Assembly (NCBI GenBank): GCA_963799385.1
Contig: CAWCXB010000018.1
Span: 27,698 to 91,697 of the forward strand
Direction of reading: 5' to 3'
DNA length: 64,000 nt
Source: an uncultured Verrucomicrobiae bacterium
Lineage (GTDB): Bacteria > Verrucomicrobiota > Verrucomicrobiia > Verrucomicrobiales > Akkermansiaceae
A program made the translations under genes and the position numbers. The notes under the pieces are model-generated. The model saw only the letters and a list, made by a program, of their open reading frames with translations. It was not told the origin of the DNA and did no database searches. Every line of letters starts with the position of its first letter. Position 1 is the stretch's first letter. Below, in pieces: positions 11,501-19,922 of the stretch.

Positions 11501-11671
11501 CTCCACCCCCGCATGATGCGCTCGAGCCGATCCATAAAACCCACCCCGATCCAGCACCCCCACCGCCCCATACCCCAGCTCCGCCGCCCTCCTCACAAGC
11601 GCCTCCGGCTCACAAGCTCCCTCCAAAAAGGAAAACCCACTCACCCCCCGAAATTCCACGTAACCGCTCAC
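8504..11671 (-). CDS. dnaE2: Error-prone DNA polymerase III alpha subunit DnaE2
   Basis: FSFLEGA PHP start, GRGSGANSVVCY, PDIDIDF, FQVESRAQM, YGFPESHA, RQRPGTAKG, C-terminal SHDFH. Confidence 0.96.
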   Translation of the reverse strand: MSGYVEFRGVSGFSFLEGACEPEALVRRAAELGYGAVGVLDRGGFYGSARAHHAGVECGVRAMVGAGLEWGGGVLEDGGRPKIAPTVPVVCLKREGYRALSRHLTDGHLHGVAGEDFSLDDGSLAVLTGGRAGPVVSAILRGDKQGALRAAEGLVRCFGKRNVYVEISRHGLRDDGRVGRQLRDLAAHLGLPLLAVNAPLYAERGGRRLADAFACLRNHVPLDGAGRLLAANGERYLKSPGEMVALFRDLPEAILNTLRLEERVEFTLENLGYRFPDFPDGRGNPLSLAEQATLLRRFSYAGAARRYGVPSRKVKAQLEHELAMIQRLGFQGYFLIVNELVEFARGRGILCQGRGSGANSVVCYALGITAVDPVGGGLLFERFLSENRKSWPDIDIDFPSGERREEVIQHVFRKYGERGAAMTANVITYRGKSAFREMSKVLGFPVSVADRFSERIRGWRGERGDEETEEELFVRMMEGIVPVGHPRFAALSYLYHAVKGMPRHLGQHSGGMIVCDHGLDSVVPLERATMPGRTVVQWDKDDCEDMGIVKIDLLGLGMLAAMEHALEIRSRRGEPVDLAKIAMDDPAVFEMMGRADTIGTFQVESRAQMATLPIMRPKTFYDVAVQVAIIRPGPIVGDLVHPYLNRRNGREKIDYIHPCFEEILKRTLGVPLFQEQVLRMAMAIADFTGAEADELRRAMAFKRSDERMEGTVRKLHERMTAKGVSREIQEKVVGSIGSFAQYGFPESHAISFGLIAYASCWLKVHFPAEFYAGLLNHQPMGFYSVNTLIQDARRHGVRVLPVSVLESAVETVVVDDGKLRLGLNRLKGVSGEVLERIVSLRDAADTTCRETRQLRDFLREIGASAKERRVLAQAGALNGLEDAGHRREAMWQVELPLFDDLLNVERGPGGFLPMMNAGERLAADFATQGASVGPHPMKLWREKHGTKRIMRAADLHHLPHGVAIDVAGMAICRQRPGTAKGHCFISLEDETGIANLFVPVKTYKVFKQVITCEPFLFAEGRLQRTEGDQPTVYVTHVGPLSGAGKEHAADSHDFH

Positions 11672-12022
11672 AAGCCTGCCTCCAAACCGTCTCTTCTCCC
11701 GCCGGAGTCCCTATACTCCTGCGATGCGAAATCTTTTACACACTCAAGCTCCCTATTCTCCGCAAAGGGGTTGCAAACCCCTTCTCCATATTTCCTCCCT
11801 ACAACCCATGCCTTGGCGAACTTTGCGACTTGGCGGTTCAATCTCTTCAGCATCATCCCGGTCTTCCACTTCCCACTGATCACTCGGCACTTCTCACTTT
11901 TCCAAAACCCCGGCTCCGCGCCCCCTCCCCGACCTCCGCGCCTCTGCGGTGAGAAAACACCCAACCCCAGCCTCTCCCCCGAAACCCGAGTCTTCCACTT
12001 CTCACTGATCACCCGGCACTTC

Positions 12023-13501
12023 TCACTCATACCTCCCCCCTATCTCCCATTTCTCCGGTTTCAAAAACGCCAACCTCACCACCCCGTCAGAGATTTCCAC
12101 ATCCCACTCCAGCCGCTGCCAAGCTAGCGCGGGATCCCACCACGCTCCGGAGGAAAGAAACGGTCCACGCTTTTTCAAAATCTCACCCTTGTGCGCACCT
12201 GTTAGAATCGCCAACGGCACCGGAAACAAGCCACCCGCCTCACTTGCTACCACCACCTCGCGCGGAGGGCGGAACCTACGCAATGGCACCGCGCAATCCG
12301 CCCGCATCTCCGCCACCAACCCACCTTTTTCCCCCACTGCCCTCACGGAAAACGCATCCGCACGGAACGTTTCCTCCCGCACCGGCACGCCGACCCTGTT
12401 CGGCCCCAGCATCGCTTCAAGCTTCGCCACCGTCTCCGCCCAGCGCTCCGGCTGCGGCAGGTTTTTCCCGAACCATTCCCGCTGCCCCGCCATCGCAAAA
12501 GTCGCCTCCGCATCCAGCCCCATCCACACCACAGCAGACTCCAGTTTCACCGATTCCATCATCGTCTGCAGCGGAGCCAGCATACCTTCCACCCCCGTCT
12601 GAGGCTCCGGGAAACGCAGTCGCCGCACCACCTCTCCACCGCGCTCCATCTTCATCCGCAGCTCCAGTGCCCCCGCCGCCAGATGCCGCGCCGCCAACCT
12701 CCCGGCCAGCACATGCAGCATGCGTTTCAGCGCAAACACCACCTGATCCAGCACCCCCACTCCTTCCTCGAAATCCATTTCCTGAGCGAAGGATTCCGGC
12801 ACCCGGTGAAGCTTCAGCAAGCGGCAGATCTTCCCGTGCAACACATCATGCCACCGCCCCGCCTCCGGCCCCAAACGCTCCGCAATCCCCTGCCGTGGCA
12901 GCTTCATGAAATCGCCTAAATTCGATAGTCCCCAAGTCTCCAGAATTTCCAGAGTCCTTCCGTTCCCTCCCAAAGCCCCCAACACATTCACGGGCAGCCC
13001 CCGCAAATCTTCCACCGAAACAACCCGCTCCTGCGTCTCCGCAAACCGCACCGCCAGATGCGCCAGATCCGGAGTCTCTGCCATCGCCCAACAAACTTCC
13101 ACCCCATCCAAGTGCAGCGCTTGGAACGCGGATCTCAGCCCACCCCGCACCATCGCCAGATCCATCACCACCGCATCCTCCGCCGTCATCTCCACATCCG
13201 CGGAAACACTCTCCGCGAGGAAAAACAACTCCTCCCGCAACCGCGCCTCCGCCTCAAAATCCCTCTCTAGCACCCGCAACTCCGGGCACCTGACCAGCGC
13301 CCGACCCAGCGCCCACCCCGGCGCGATCCCCGCCAACCACCCCTCCCGGTTTAGCGCCAGAATCGGCAGCCTGTCCCGCATTTTTCCCACCATCCCCTCA
13401 CCCCCACCCGCCAGAATCGCACAAGCGTGGGGTCGATCTTCGGTCGCCCCCCGCAGCACCGCCATCACGGGAAAATCGGGGATCATCAGGGAGGAGAACA
13501 T
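12023..13501 (-). CDS. imuB: ImuB, inactive Y-family polymerase-like protein
   Basis: Y-family-like N-terminus (GIAPGWALGRALVRCPEL), C-terminal PLRRFRPP...GPFLSSGAWW; lies between imuA and dnaE2. Confidence 0.85.
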   Translation of the reverse strand: MFSSLMIPDFPVMAVLRGATEDRPHACAILAGGGEGMVGKMRDRLPILALNREGWLAGIAPGWALGRALVRCPELRVLERDFEAEARLREELFFLAESVSADVEMTAEDAVVMDLAMVRGGLRSAFQALHLDGVEVCWAMAETPDLAHLAVRFAETQERVVSVEDLRGLPVNVLGALGGNGRTLEILETWGLSNLGDFMKLPRQGIAERLGPEAGRWHDVLHGKICRLLKLHRVPESFAQEMDFEEGVGVLDQVVFALKRMLHVLAGRLAARHLAAGALELRMKMERGGEVVRRLRFPEPQTGVEGMLAPLQTMMESVKLESAVVWMGLDAEATFAMAGQREWFGKNLPQPERWAETVAKLEAMLGPNRVGVPVREETFRADAFSVRAVGEKGGLVAEMRADCAVPLRRFRPPREVVVASEAGGLFPVPLAILTGAHKGEILKKRGPFLSSGAWWDPALAWQRLEWDVEISDGVVRLAFLKPEKWEIGGRYE

Positions 13502-13713
13502 GATTTAGTGAAAAGTGCCGAGTGAGCAGTGAGCAGTGGAAGACTGTGGCACGGATGGGCGAAACCCTCTAGCTCACCAACAAGCACCCAATTGGCCAAA
13601 AAAATTCGCCACTGCTGTCTTACTATTAAATTTGTTTTCCTAGTTCCTTCGCGATTTGAAAAAGCACAACCCAAGTCTTCCACTGCTCACTGCTCACTGA
13701 TCACTCGACACTC

Positions 13714-14361
13714 TCACCCACTCCTCCTCCCCTTCATCCACTCCCCTCTCACCTCCAGCCTCCCGGTCAATTCATCGCGCTCCGCATCAAAATCCTCCAG
13801 CTTCATCCCAGCACCGAGAACCAGCTTCACGCTCGCGCAGGGCACCACGGCCTTTTCCGTCATCACCACCAGCTTGCAGCCCGTGCGCTCCGCGACCTGG
13901 CGCAGCCGCCACCAGGCCGAGGAAGGCACTTTCCCGAGATCCCGCCGATCCAGCCCCATCGCATCAAGCAGAACGAAAGGCATGTTCCCGTCATGCACCA
14001 GCAGATCCGCCGCCTTAATCATCTCCATCGCGCAGCGGCAACGCACCCACAGCAATTTCTCGCAGGCATCGCTGGAAAAAGATCCGGGATCGAACCCATC
14101 CGCCCCGTCCACCAGCACCATGCGAAAACCACCCGCCTCCGGGACCCCGCCGTTTTCCAGTAACCCCGCCACCATCAGCGCGATCCCGGAAAACCTTCCC
14201 GCAGGCACCACCTCGGAAATCGCACCCGCCGGGAACATCCCCGCATCGAACAAAGTTCCCGCTTCCTCCGCGACGGACTCAAGCCCACGTTCCAAAGAAT
14301 GCGCCTGCGGAAATTTTTCCCGCATCCGCTTTCGAAGTTCGTCCACCGTCACCGCAGCCAT
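13714..14361 (-). CDS. imuA: ImuA, RecA-like protein
   Basis: GAISEVV, LVDGADGFDP, KLLWVRC, ADLLVHDGNMPFVLLD, WWRLRQVAE; first gene of the cassette. Confidence 0.85.
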   Translation of the reverse strand: MAAVTVDELRKRMREKFPQAHSLERGLESVAEEAGTLFDAGMFPAGAISEVVPAGRFSGIALMVAGLLENGGVPEAGGFRMVLVDGADGFDPGSFSSDACEKLLWVRCRCAMEMIKAADLLVHDGNMPFVLLDAMGLDRRDLGKVPSSAWWRLRQVAERTGCKLVVMTEKAVVPCASVKLVLGAGMKLEDFDAERDELTGRLEVRGEWMKGRRSG

Positions 14362-14388
14362 ACGGAGAGAATACTTAGCTTGTTTGAT

Positions 14389-14402
14389 TGTTCAAGAGAA
14401 CA
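14389..14402. promoter_or_regulatory. LexA-binding site (SOS box) TGTTC-aaga-GAACA
   Basis: Perfect palindrome 28-41 bp upstream of the imuA start; matches the TGTTC-N4-GAACA motif described for Verrucomicrobia LexA. Confidence 0.9.
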
Positions 14403-14464
14403 CTTTTAGAAACTTTAAATTTGAAACTTTCAACCTCAAAAACGCAGAGCGGCGCTAGGGGCGA

Positions 14465-14551
14465 GGACCGCGAGTCTTCAGCTCGCCCCAGAGAATCAAG
14501 TGCGAATGAGAAAAGACGCGAGCACCGGGGCGGGCTGAAGACCCGCGGTCC
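14465..14551. repeat. REP-like inverted doublet
   Basis: ggaccgcgagtcttcagctcgcccc (14465-14489) and ggggcgggctgaagacccgcggtcc (14527-14551) are near-perfect reverse complements. Confidence 0.7.
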
Positions 14552-14639
14552 GTTCATATCCCACGGCGGTGTCTGAAAGAGTTGCCGTGCTGAAATCCAC
14601 CAAATAAAATCGCACCCCTCCGGCTCTTGTCCCAGGCCA

Positions 14640-14705
14640 GTCGCTCCGCACCGCAGAAGGCAAGCCTTCCAGCCCCAAAGCGGAGGCAAGCCGTCCGCAC
14701 TCCAA
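14640..14705 (-). repeat. Dispersed copy of the RAYT-flanking REP
   Basis: Near-identical reverse complement of about 19768-19834 (ends aaagcggaggcaagccgtccgcactccaa). Confidence 0.8.
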
Positions 14706-14787
14706 ATGTTCTACCGATCCTGACACTCGCCCTTGGCTCTGGATTCTGAATTGAAGTTTAAAGTTTAAAATTTAAAGTTTCCCCCAC

Positions 14788-15753
14788 ATGTGGACCTGTT
14801 CTTCGAAATCCGATCTGCGGGCGCAAATCGGGACCGCCGCCCGCCCTATTGTCCTTGTACCGACGATGGGAGCCTTGCATCCAGGTCATGCTTCTTTGAT
14901 CGCCTTGGCACGCGAGAAGGCGGGAGCGGAGGGCACGGTGATCGTTTCCGTGTTTGTGAATCCCATCCAGTTCGACCGCGCGAGCGATCTTGAACATTAC
15001 CCCCGCCCCATCGAGGCAGATCTCGCGGTGTGTGAGGAACACGGGGCCGACGGGGTATTCCTGCCGGACAACGCCACCATGTATGCCCCTGATCGCTCGG
15101 TGACGGTGATCGAGAGTAGCCTTTCCGAGCATCTCTGCGGCGCGACCCGACCCGGCCACTTCGATGGTGTCTGCACCGTGGTGCTCAAACTCTTCAACCT
15201 CACTCGGTGCGATGCCGCCGTGTTCGGTGAAAAGGACTTCCAACAGCTCGCCATCATCCGCCGCATGATTCGTGATCTCGATCTCGAGGTGCAGATCATC
15301 CCCCACCCCACCGTCCGCGAGCCCGACGGCCTCGCCATGTCCTCCCGCAACGCCCGCCTCACCCCCGAGCACCGCGCCGATGCTCCACGAATCCACCAAG
15401 CCCTGGTCAACGCCCTCACCAAACACATCACCGCCGCCGATATCCTATCGGAAGCGAGAAACCACATCGAAGCCTCCCCCCACGCCCGCATCGACTACCT
15501 CTCCCTCGTCGATCCGGAATCCCTCACCCCCGTCTCAAACCTCACCCCCTCCACCGTCCTCGCCTGCGCCGTCTTCTACGGCGATGTCCGGCTCATCGAT
15601 CATGCGAAGCCAGCCATCTTCCCTAAGCTACAAAATCCATCACCCGGAGTTCCCAAAAAAAGAAAAACGCCCAACCGCAAGCGGAAGGACGTTCTCCTGA
15701 AGTTTTCTGTGATCACTCTAGCGCTTGCGGCGAAGCAAAGCTGTAAATCCTAG
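14788..15753 (+). CDS. panC: Pantoate--beta-alanine ligase, with an atypical C-terminal run-on
   Basis: VPTMGALHPGH, SVFVNPIQF, RPGHFDGV, FGEKDFQQL, REPDGLAMSSRN, VRLIDH. Confidence 0.95.
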   Translation: MWTCSSKSDLRAQIGTAARPIVLVPTMGALHPGHASLIALAREKAGAEGTVIVSVFVNPIQFDRASDLEHYPRPIEADLAVCEEHGADGVFLPDNATMYAPDRSVTVIESSLSEHLCGATRPGHFDGVCTVVLKLFNLTRCDAAVFGEKDFQQLAIIRRMIRDLDLEVQIIPHPTVREPDGLAMSSRNARLTPEHRADAPRIHQALVNALTKHITAADILSEARNHIEASPHARIDYLSLVDPESLTPVSNLTPSTVLACAVFYGDVRLIDHAKPAIFPKLQNPSPGVPKKRKTPNRKRKDVLLKFSVITLALAAKQSCKS

Positions 15754-16311
15754 GAGGGATAAGAGCAGTGAAGATGGTTCTGGAACTACCGCAATGGAGC
15801 TATTCCCGTTGGCACCATGAAAGTCAGATGGAAAAGGCGCTGCGGCGTTGGAGGCTGGCAATACTGCAGTAGTTGAAGTCAATCCATACGTTGTAGTGGC
15901 GTCAACAACCTCACCAGCCGACTTCCCTTCAAACCAGATGATTTTGTAGTTTTGAGAACCCACAACAGCAGCCTCGTCATCGTAATTGGCAATTACTTGG
16001 GTCGCAGCCCCAAGTATACCCGCTGCTAGCGTAGGATTAGCAGATAGATAAAAATAATCGTTCGTATTGCCGATGAAACCAGACGCAACCGTGAAGCCGA
16101 GAAGTTCAGAAGAAAAATCCCCGAAGCCATCGCCACCCATCGGGCCAGTATCAACAACTAAACCCCAAGGGGCATTGCCAATTGGGCTACCAGAGGAATC
16201 GTTGAGGATCGTGGCCAAACCTGGAGCAGTCGTCAACTGGATCGTAGCTCCATTAGAAATGGAGGAACAAAATATAACCCCCAAAGAAATCAGCTTAATT
16301 TTTTTTTTCAT
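15718..16311 (-). CDS. PEP-CTERM sorting-domain surface protein
   Basis: Signal peptide; C-terminus VPEPSSLLLSLLGFTALLRRKR. Confidence 0.92.
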   Translation of the reverse strand: MKKKIKLISLGVIFCSSISNGATIQLTTAPGLATILNDSSGSPIGNAPWGLVVDTGPMGGDGFGDFSSELLGFTVASGFIGNTNDYFYLSANPTLAAGILGAATQVIANYDDEAAVVGSQNYKIIWFEGKSAGEVVDATTTYGLTSTTAVLPASNAAAPFPSDFHGANGNSSIAVVPEPSSLLLSLLGFTALLRRKR

Positions 16312-16332
16312 ATTCCTAATTTTGAAAGGTAT

Positions 16333-18483
16333 TTATAGATTGGTTATATAAGATTGCACATCGGAAATAATCTGATCACCCTGAGGAGCTTGATCAGATC
16401 GCCTATAGACATATCCTTGCCCACCTTTTAGCTTAAAAATGTCACCGATCGGCATAAAGTTTGACCCGTCAATCCATCCGCCCAACGAAGTATTGAAGAT
16501 GAGAAGTTGACTGGGAGATTTATCAAGTCCGGGAGATGTTTGATCAAAAGCCAGAAACTGATCACCTTCAGAAGGATTGAAGCCCGCCTGATTTAAGGTT
16601 TCTTCGACAGGACCTACATACGCAATACGTGTTTCTTGGAAGACACCCATAGTATCATTCGCAATCCTCACCCTTGACGGACTCGTTGGGACTTCACCTG
16701 TAATTACAAGAGATTGAATTGCAGTGTCAGTATTATTCTTAAGAATAAAACTTTCGCCAGGATATAACACCGCATTTCCCGCTGGTAGGAACGAGGCACC
16801 ATTAATCCATCCTCCAAACGCAGAACTGTTCAGATAGAGCGGGGTAGGGGAATTATCTACACCTGGCTGCACATCGAAAGCAGCTAAAACTGCTCCGTCA
16901 GGGAGATCTGCACTTGGGAGAAAAGTCTCGATAGTCCAAGCTTTTCTAAGTGACAGACTATCTCCCTCTGCTAAGTCAGCCAAGGAGTATCCCTCGCCAA
17001 GCATCACTGTTATGGTTGATTCCGTGTTCGAGGAGACACACAAAAACAATCCAGCTGAATTACCAGTAGTGATTTCAACCATATACGGAGCACCGTTCTC
17101 AGGGGGAGCGAAGGCTCCCGACACTAGAGGCGGAGAAGCTGGTGGGGGTGATGTTACTAGTGTGATTACCGATCCAGAAGCAGATGCAACTGTCGCGGAA
17201 GCATCCACGGAGTTAAGCAGGGGGACTGAGATTGTCACCTCACTTCTTGCCAAAACATCCGGAGTCATTGGATCGTTATCTGCATTTCCAAGCGTCACAT
17301 ACCCAACTGGCTTGGAATAAGCGGCGGTTGGCTCGACCTCCATGTTGGTGGTTGGGACGTCGATGCTTGATGCGGAGATACCGCCGTTGTCTGCAGCTCG
17401 AATCGCAGAGCCGGACCCGGTGGTGGGAGCAAAAGCTGTGGCGGCGGCTGTCGTTTCCGGAGAGGAGGTGACTGGGGCGGAAGTTTGCGGGAAAGTAGTG
17501 GGAGCGGGAGCTGAGCTGTTGGCTGCGACGGCCGTCGGAGTCGTCGGAGTCGTCGTGGGAGAGGTGGATGCGAGTGCTTCCGGGCGGGAAGGGCGTCGTG
17601 TAGGACGGGTAGCGGGAGATGCCACGGAGGGGCGGGAGGCGGAAGCCGTTGCCGACGGAGAGGCCGTTGCAGGTGCGGCGCTTGGTGAAGTGAGTTGTGG
17701 GGCACTTGCAGGAGCGGCGGTAGCAGCCATGGGTGCGGATGTCGCGCTCGGCGTCTGTGTTGTCGCATTCGCCTTCTTGATCGTCGCGGCGGTTGCGGTC
17801 GTCGCGTTGGGGACGACTGCGGGAGCAGCCGTAGCCGGGGCGGGAGACGTTAGGTCAATTCTTGTAGGAGAAGATGGCTTGTCGCCGAGTTTAGTTGGAG
17901 TCGATTTGCGGTTTGCAGCGGTGGCCTTGGAAGCGTTCGCCTCTGTCGGAGTTACTGCTGCACTTGCGATCGGAGCGGGTGCGACGGTGCTTGCCGGGGC
18001 TTGGGCTGCGACAGCAGGTGGAGCGATCGCAGGACCGAAGCCACTCGTTGTGGGGCGATGAGTCGGTTGAGCGGCGACTGGGCGATCCGTGCCGGTTTGA
18101 CCAGAAATTTCGTAGCCGGCAACAGCGGTTTCAGCGGCAGGATTTGGAAGGACTGGTGAAGAGGAAGCAGCGGGTGCCTGTGCTGCGGCTGGAGCAGCGG
18201 GCATGGCGGTGAGCGCTGGAGCGGCCTGCGTGCTGGCTTCTGGACGTTGCGTGAGCTTCGTGCGGGCCGGGGCTTCTTCTTGGGGATTTGAGGAAATGGT
18301 TGGAGCCGGGCGGCTGGAAGCGGACGGCGCAGCTGATGATTTTGGGGCGACTGTGCCGGAAACGGTCGTATTCTCAGCCGATGGTGCAAGAGAGGAAGTG
18401 GTGCTTTCGTCTGCTGCGAACCGTATAATGCCTACAGCGGCAGCGGTTCCGGCGAGGACTGTAATCGGGATGATTTTTCTCAT
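16333..18483 (-). CDS. Secreted protein with long Ala/Pro/Thr/Ser-rich linker and TIGR02597-like C-terminal domain
   Basis: Signal peptide, about 360 aa of low complexity, then AYSKPVGYVTL...ISVPL...WTIETFLP...LYPGESFI...ITGEVP, resembling the verrucomicrobial TIGR02597 family. Confidence 0.7.
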   Translation of the reverse strand: MRKIIPITVLAGTAAAVGIIRFAADESTTSSLAPSAENTTVSGTVAPKSSAAPSASSRPAPTISSNPQEEAPARTKLTQRPEASTQAAPALTAMPAAPAAAQAPAASSSPVLPNPAAETAVAGYEISGQTGTDRPVAAQPTHRPTTSGFGPAIAPPAVAAQAPASTVAPAPIASAAVTPTEANASKATAANRKSTPTKLGDKPSSPTRIDLTSPAPATAAPAVVPNATTATAATIKKANATTQTPSATSAPMAATAAPASAPQLTSPSAAPATASPSATASASRPSVASPATRPTRRPSRPEALASTSPTTTPTTPTAVAANSSAPAPTTFPQTSAPVTSSPETTAAATAFAPTTGSGSAIRAADNGGISASSIDVPTTNMEVEPTAAYSKPVGYVTLGNADNDPMTPDVLARSEVTISVPLLNSVDASATVASASGSVITLVTSPPPASPPLVSGAFAPPENGAPYMVEITTGNSAGLFLCVSSNTESTITVMLGEGYSLADLAEGDSLSLRKAWTIETFLPSADLPDGAVLAAFDVQPGVDNSPTPLYLNSSAFGGWINGASFLPAGNAVLYPGESFILKNNTDTAIQSLVITGEVPTSPSRVRIANDTMGVFQETRIAYVGPVEETLNQAGFNPSEGDQFLAFDQTSPGLDKSPSQLLIFNTSLGGWIDGSNFMPIGDIFKLKGGQGYVYRRSDQAPQGDQIISDVQSYITNL

Positions 18484-18667
18484 GGCGATGTGGGTTTTGG
18501 CTGGTTGTAGAAGGGATAGATGGGATTTTCTTGGGACGCCATGTAGGAGCCTTCCTCAAGGAAAGGGCTTCAACACTCGACGTTTACTCTCCTTGGATTA
18601 CAGGGTGATAAGTGGTGGAGCAAGGGGAAAGAACGGATTTTTCATGACTTTTCCCCTTCCTGTATCG

Positions 18668-18719
18668 GTTTTCCGGCGGGACGCCGGAAACACGGCCTGC
18701 CGCGAGACGCGGCAGCTAC
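18668..18719 (-). repeat. GTAG-type two-hairpin REP; second copy at 9109..9160 inside dnaE2
   Basis: gtagctgccgcgtctcgcggcagg is identical in both copies; here its TAG is the stop codon of the PfkB gene. Confidence 0.8.
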
Positions 18720-19702
18720 GGCCAGTGGGTCAGGGATTCGAGGAGTTTGAGGCGAGCCTCGATGTCCTCGCGGGTGATGCCCGCGAGGCGGTTGGTAGAG
18801 AATGCTTCACAGGTAAAGGAGGCGACGACGGAGCCATAGACGACAGCGCGGCGGATGTCATCGAAGTTAAAGGAAGTTTTCCCGGTGGAGGCAAGATGGC
18901 CGGCGAGGGCGCCGAGGAAGGAATCGCCCGCTCCGGTGGGATCGGCGACTTCTACGAGGGGGAAAGCGGCGCAGCGGAAGAGGCTGACTCCTGGGAGGAC
19001 GGGGGGATGGGGAGAGGGGGAGAGGGGGGGCTGGGCTTCGGATTCCTTTGAGAAGAGGATGGCTCCGAATTCACCTAGTTTGATAACTACGTTGGGAGGG
19101 CCTTTCTCCAACAGGCGTTGGCCGGCTTTGATGAGGTTGGATGTTTTGCAGAAATCGCGGGCTTCGGATTCGTTGATGACGAGGAGATCGATTTTTTTGA
19201 GGATTTTGTGGAGGTCGTCGTTGGCGATGGTGATCCAGAGATCCATGGTATCGGCAGCGATGAAGGGTTTTTCAGCTGTCAGTTGCTCGATGAACTGGAG
19301 CTGGTTGACTGGGTGCATGTTCGCCAGCACAACGACGGGCGCAGATGCCATTTCAGCAGGAACTTTCGGCTCCCAGTCCTCAAGCACGTTGATGGCGACT
19401 TCGAGAGTATCCCGGTCGTTCATGTTCTCGTGATACTCTCCGGTCCAAGAAAAGGTATCGCCCTCGGAGCGCTCGAGTCCGGCGGTGGAAATTGATTTCC
19501 CTGCGAAATGATCGAGGTGCTCCTGCGGGAAATCCTTGCCGATGATACCTACGAGGTGGACGGGTGAGGTGAAATAGGAGGCAGCGATCGCGGTGAAGGA
19601 GGCGGAGCCGCCAAGCAGGTTCTTGCCCTCGGCGGTGGGGGTTTTGATGTTGTCGATGGCGATGGAGCCTCCGACGAGGACTGGGGTGGTTGCGGTGGGC
19701 AT
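18716..19702 (-). CDS. PfkB-family sugar/nucleoside kinase
   Basis: GSIAID, LGGSASF, INESEA, VIKLGEFGA, DPTGAGDSFLG. Confidence 0.93.
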   Translation of the reverse strand: MPTATTPVLVGGSIAIDNIKTPTAEGKNLLGGSASFTAIAASYFTSPVHLVGIIGKDFPQEHLDHFAGKSISTAGLERSEGDTFSWTGEYHENMNDRDTLEVAINVLEDWEPKVPAEMASAPVVVLANMHPVNQLQFIEQLTAEKPFIAADTMDLWITIANDDLHKILKKIDLLVINESEARDFCKTSNLIKAGQRLLEKGPPNVVIKLGEFGAILFSKESEAQPPLSPSPHPPVLPGVSLFRCAAFPLVEVADPTGAGDSFLGALAGHLASTGKTSFNFDDIRRAVVYGSVVASFTCEAFSTNRLAGITREDIEARLKLLESLTHWP

Positions 19703-19767
19703 GCGGGGGTTTTAGGGGGAAACTTTAAATTTTAAACTTTAAACTTCAATGGAGAGAAGATGTGTCT

Positions 19768-19915
19768 TTGGAGTGCGAATGGCTTGCCTCCGCTTTGGGG
19801 CTGGAGGGCTTGCCCTCTGCGGTGCGGAGCGACAAGCTAGGAAACGAAGCCGGACGTGGGACACCGTGAGGCGAGCCTCACTATCGAAAGCGGAGGCGAG
19901 CCGTCCGCACTCCAA
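19768..19915. repeat. REP doublet downstream of RAYT
   Basis: ttggagtgcg...gcttgcctccgcttt and aaagcggaggcgagccgtccgcactccaa in inverted arrangement. Confidence 0.85.
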
Positions 19916-19922
19916 GGGGATT

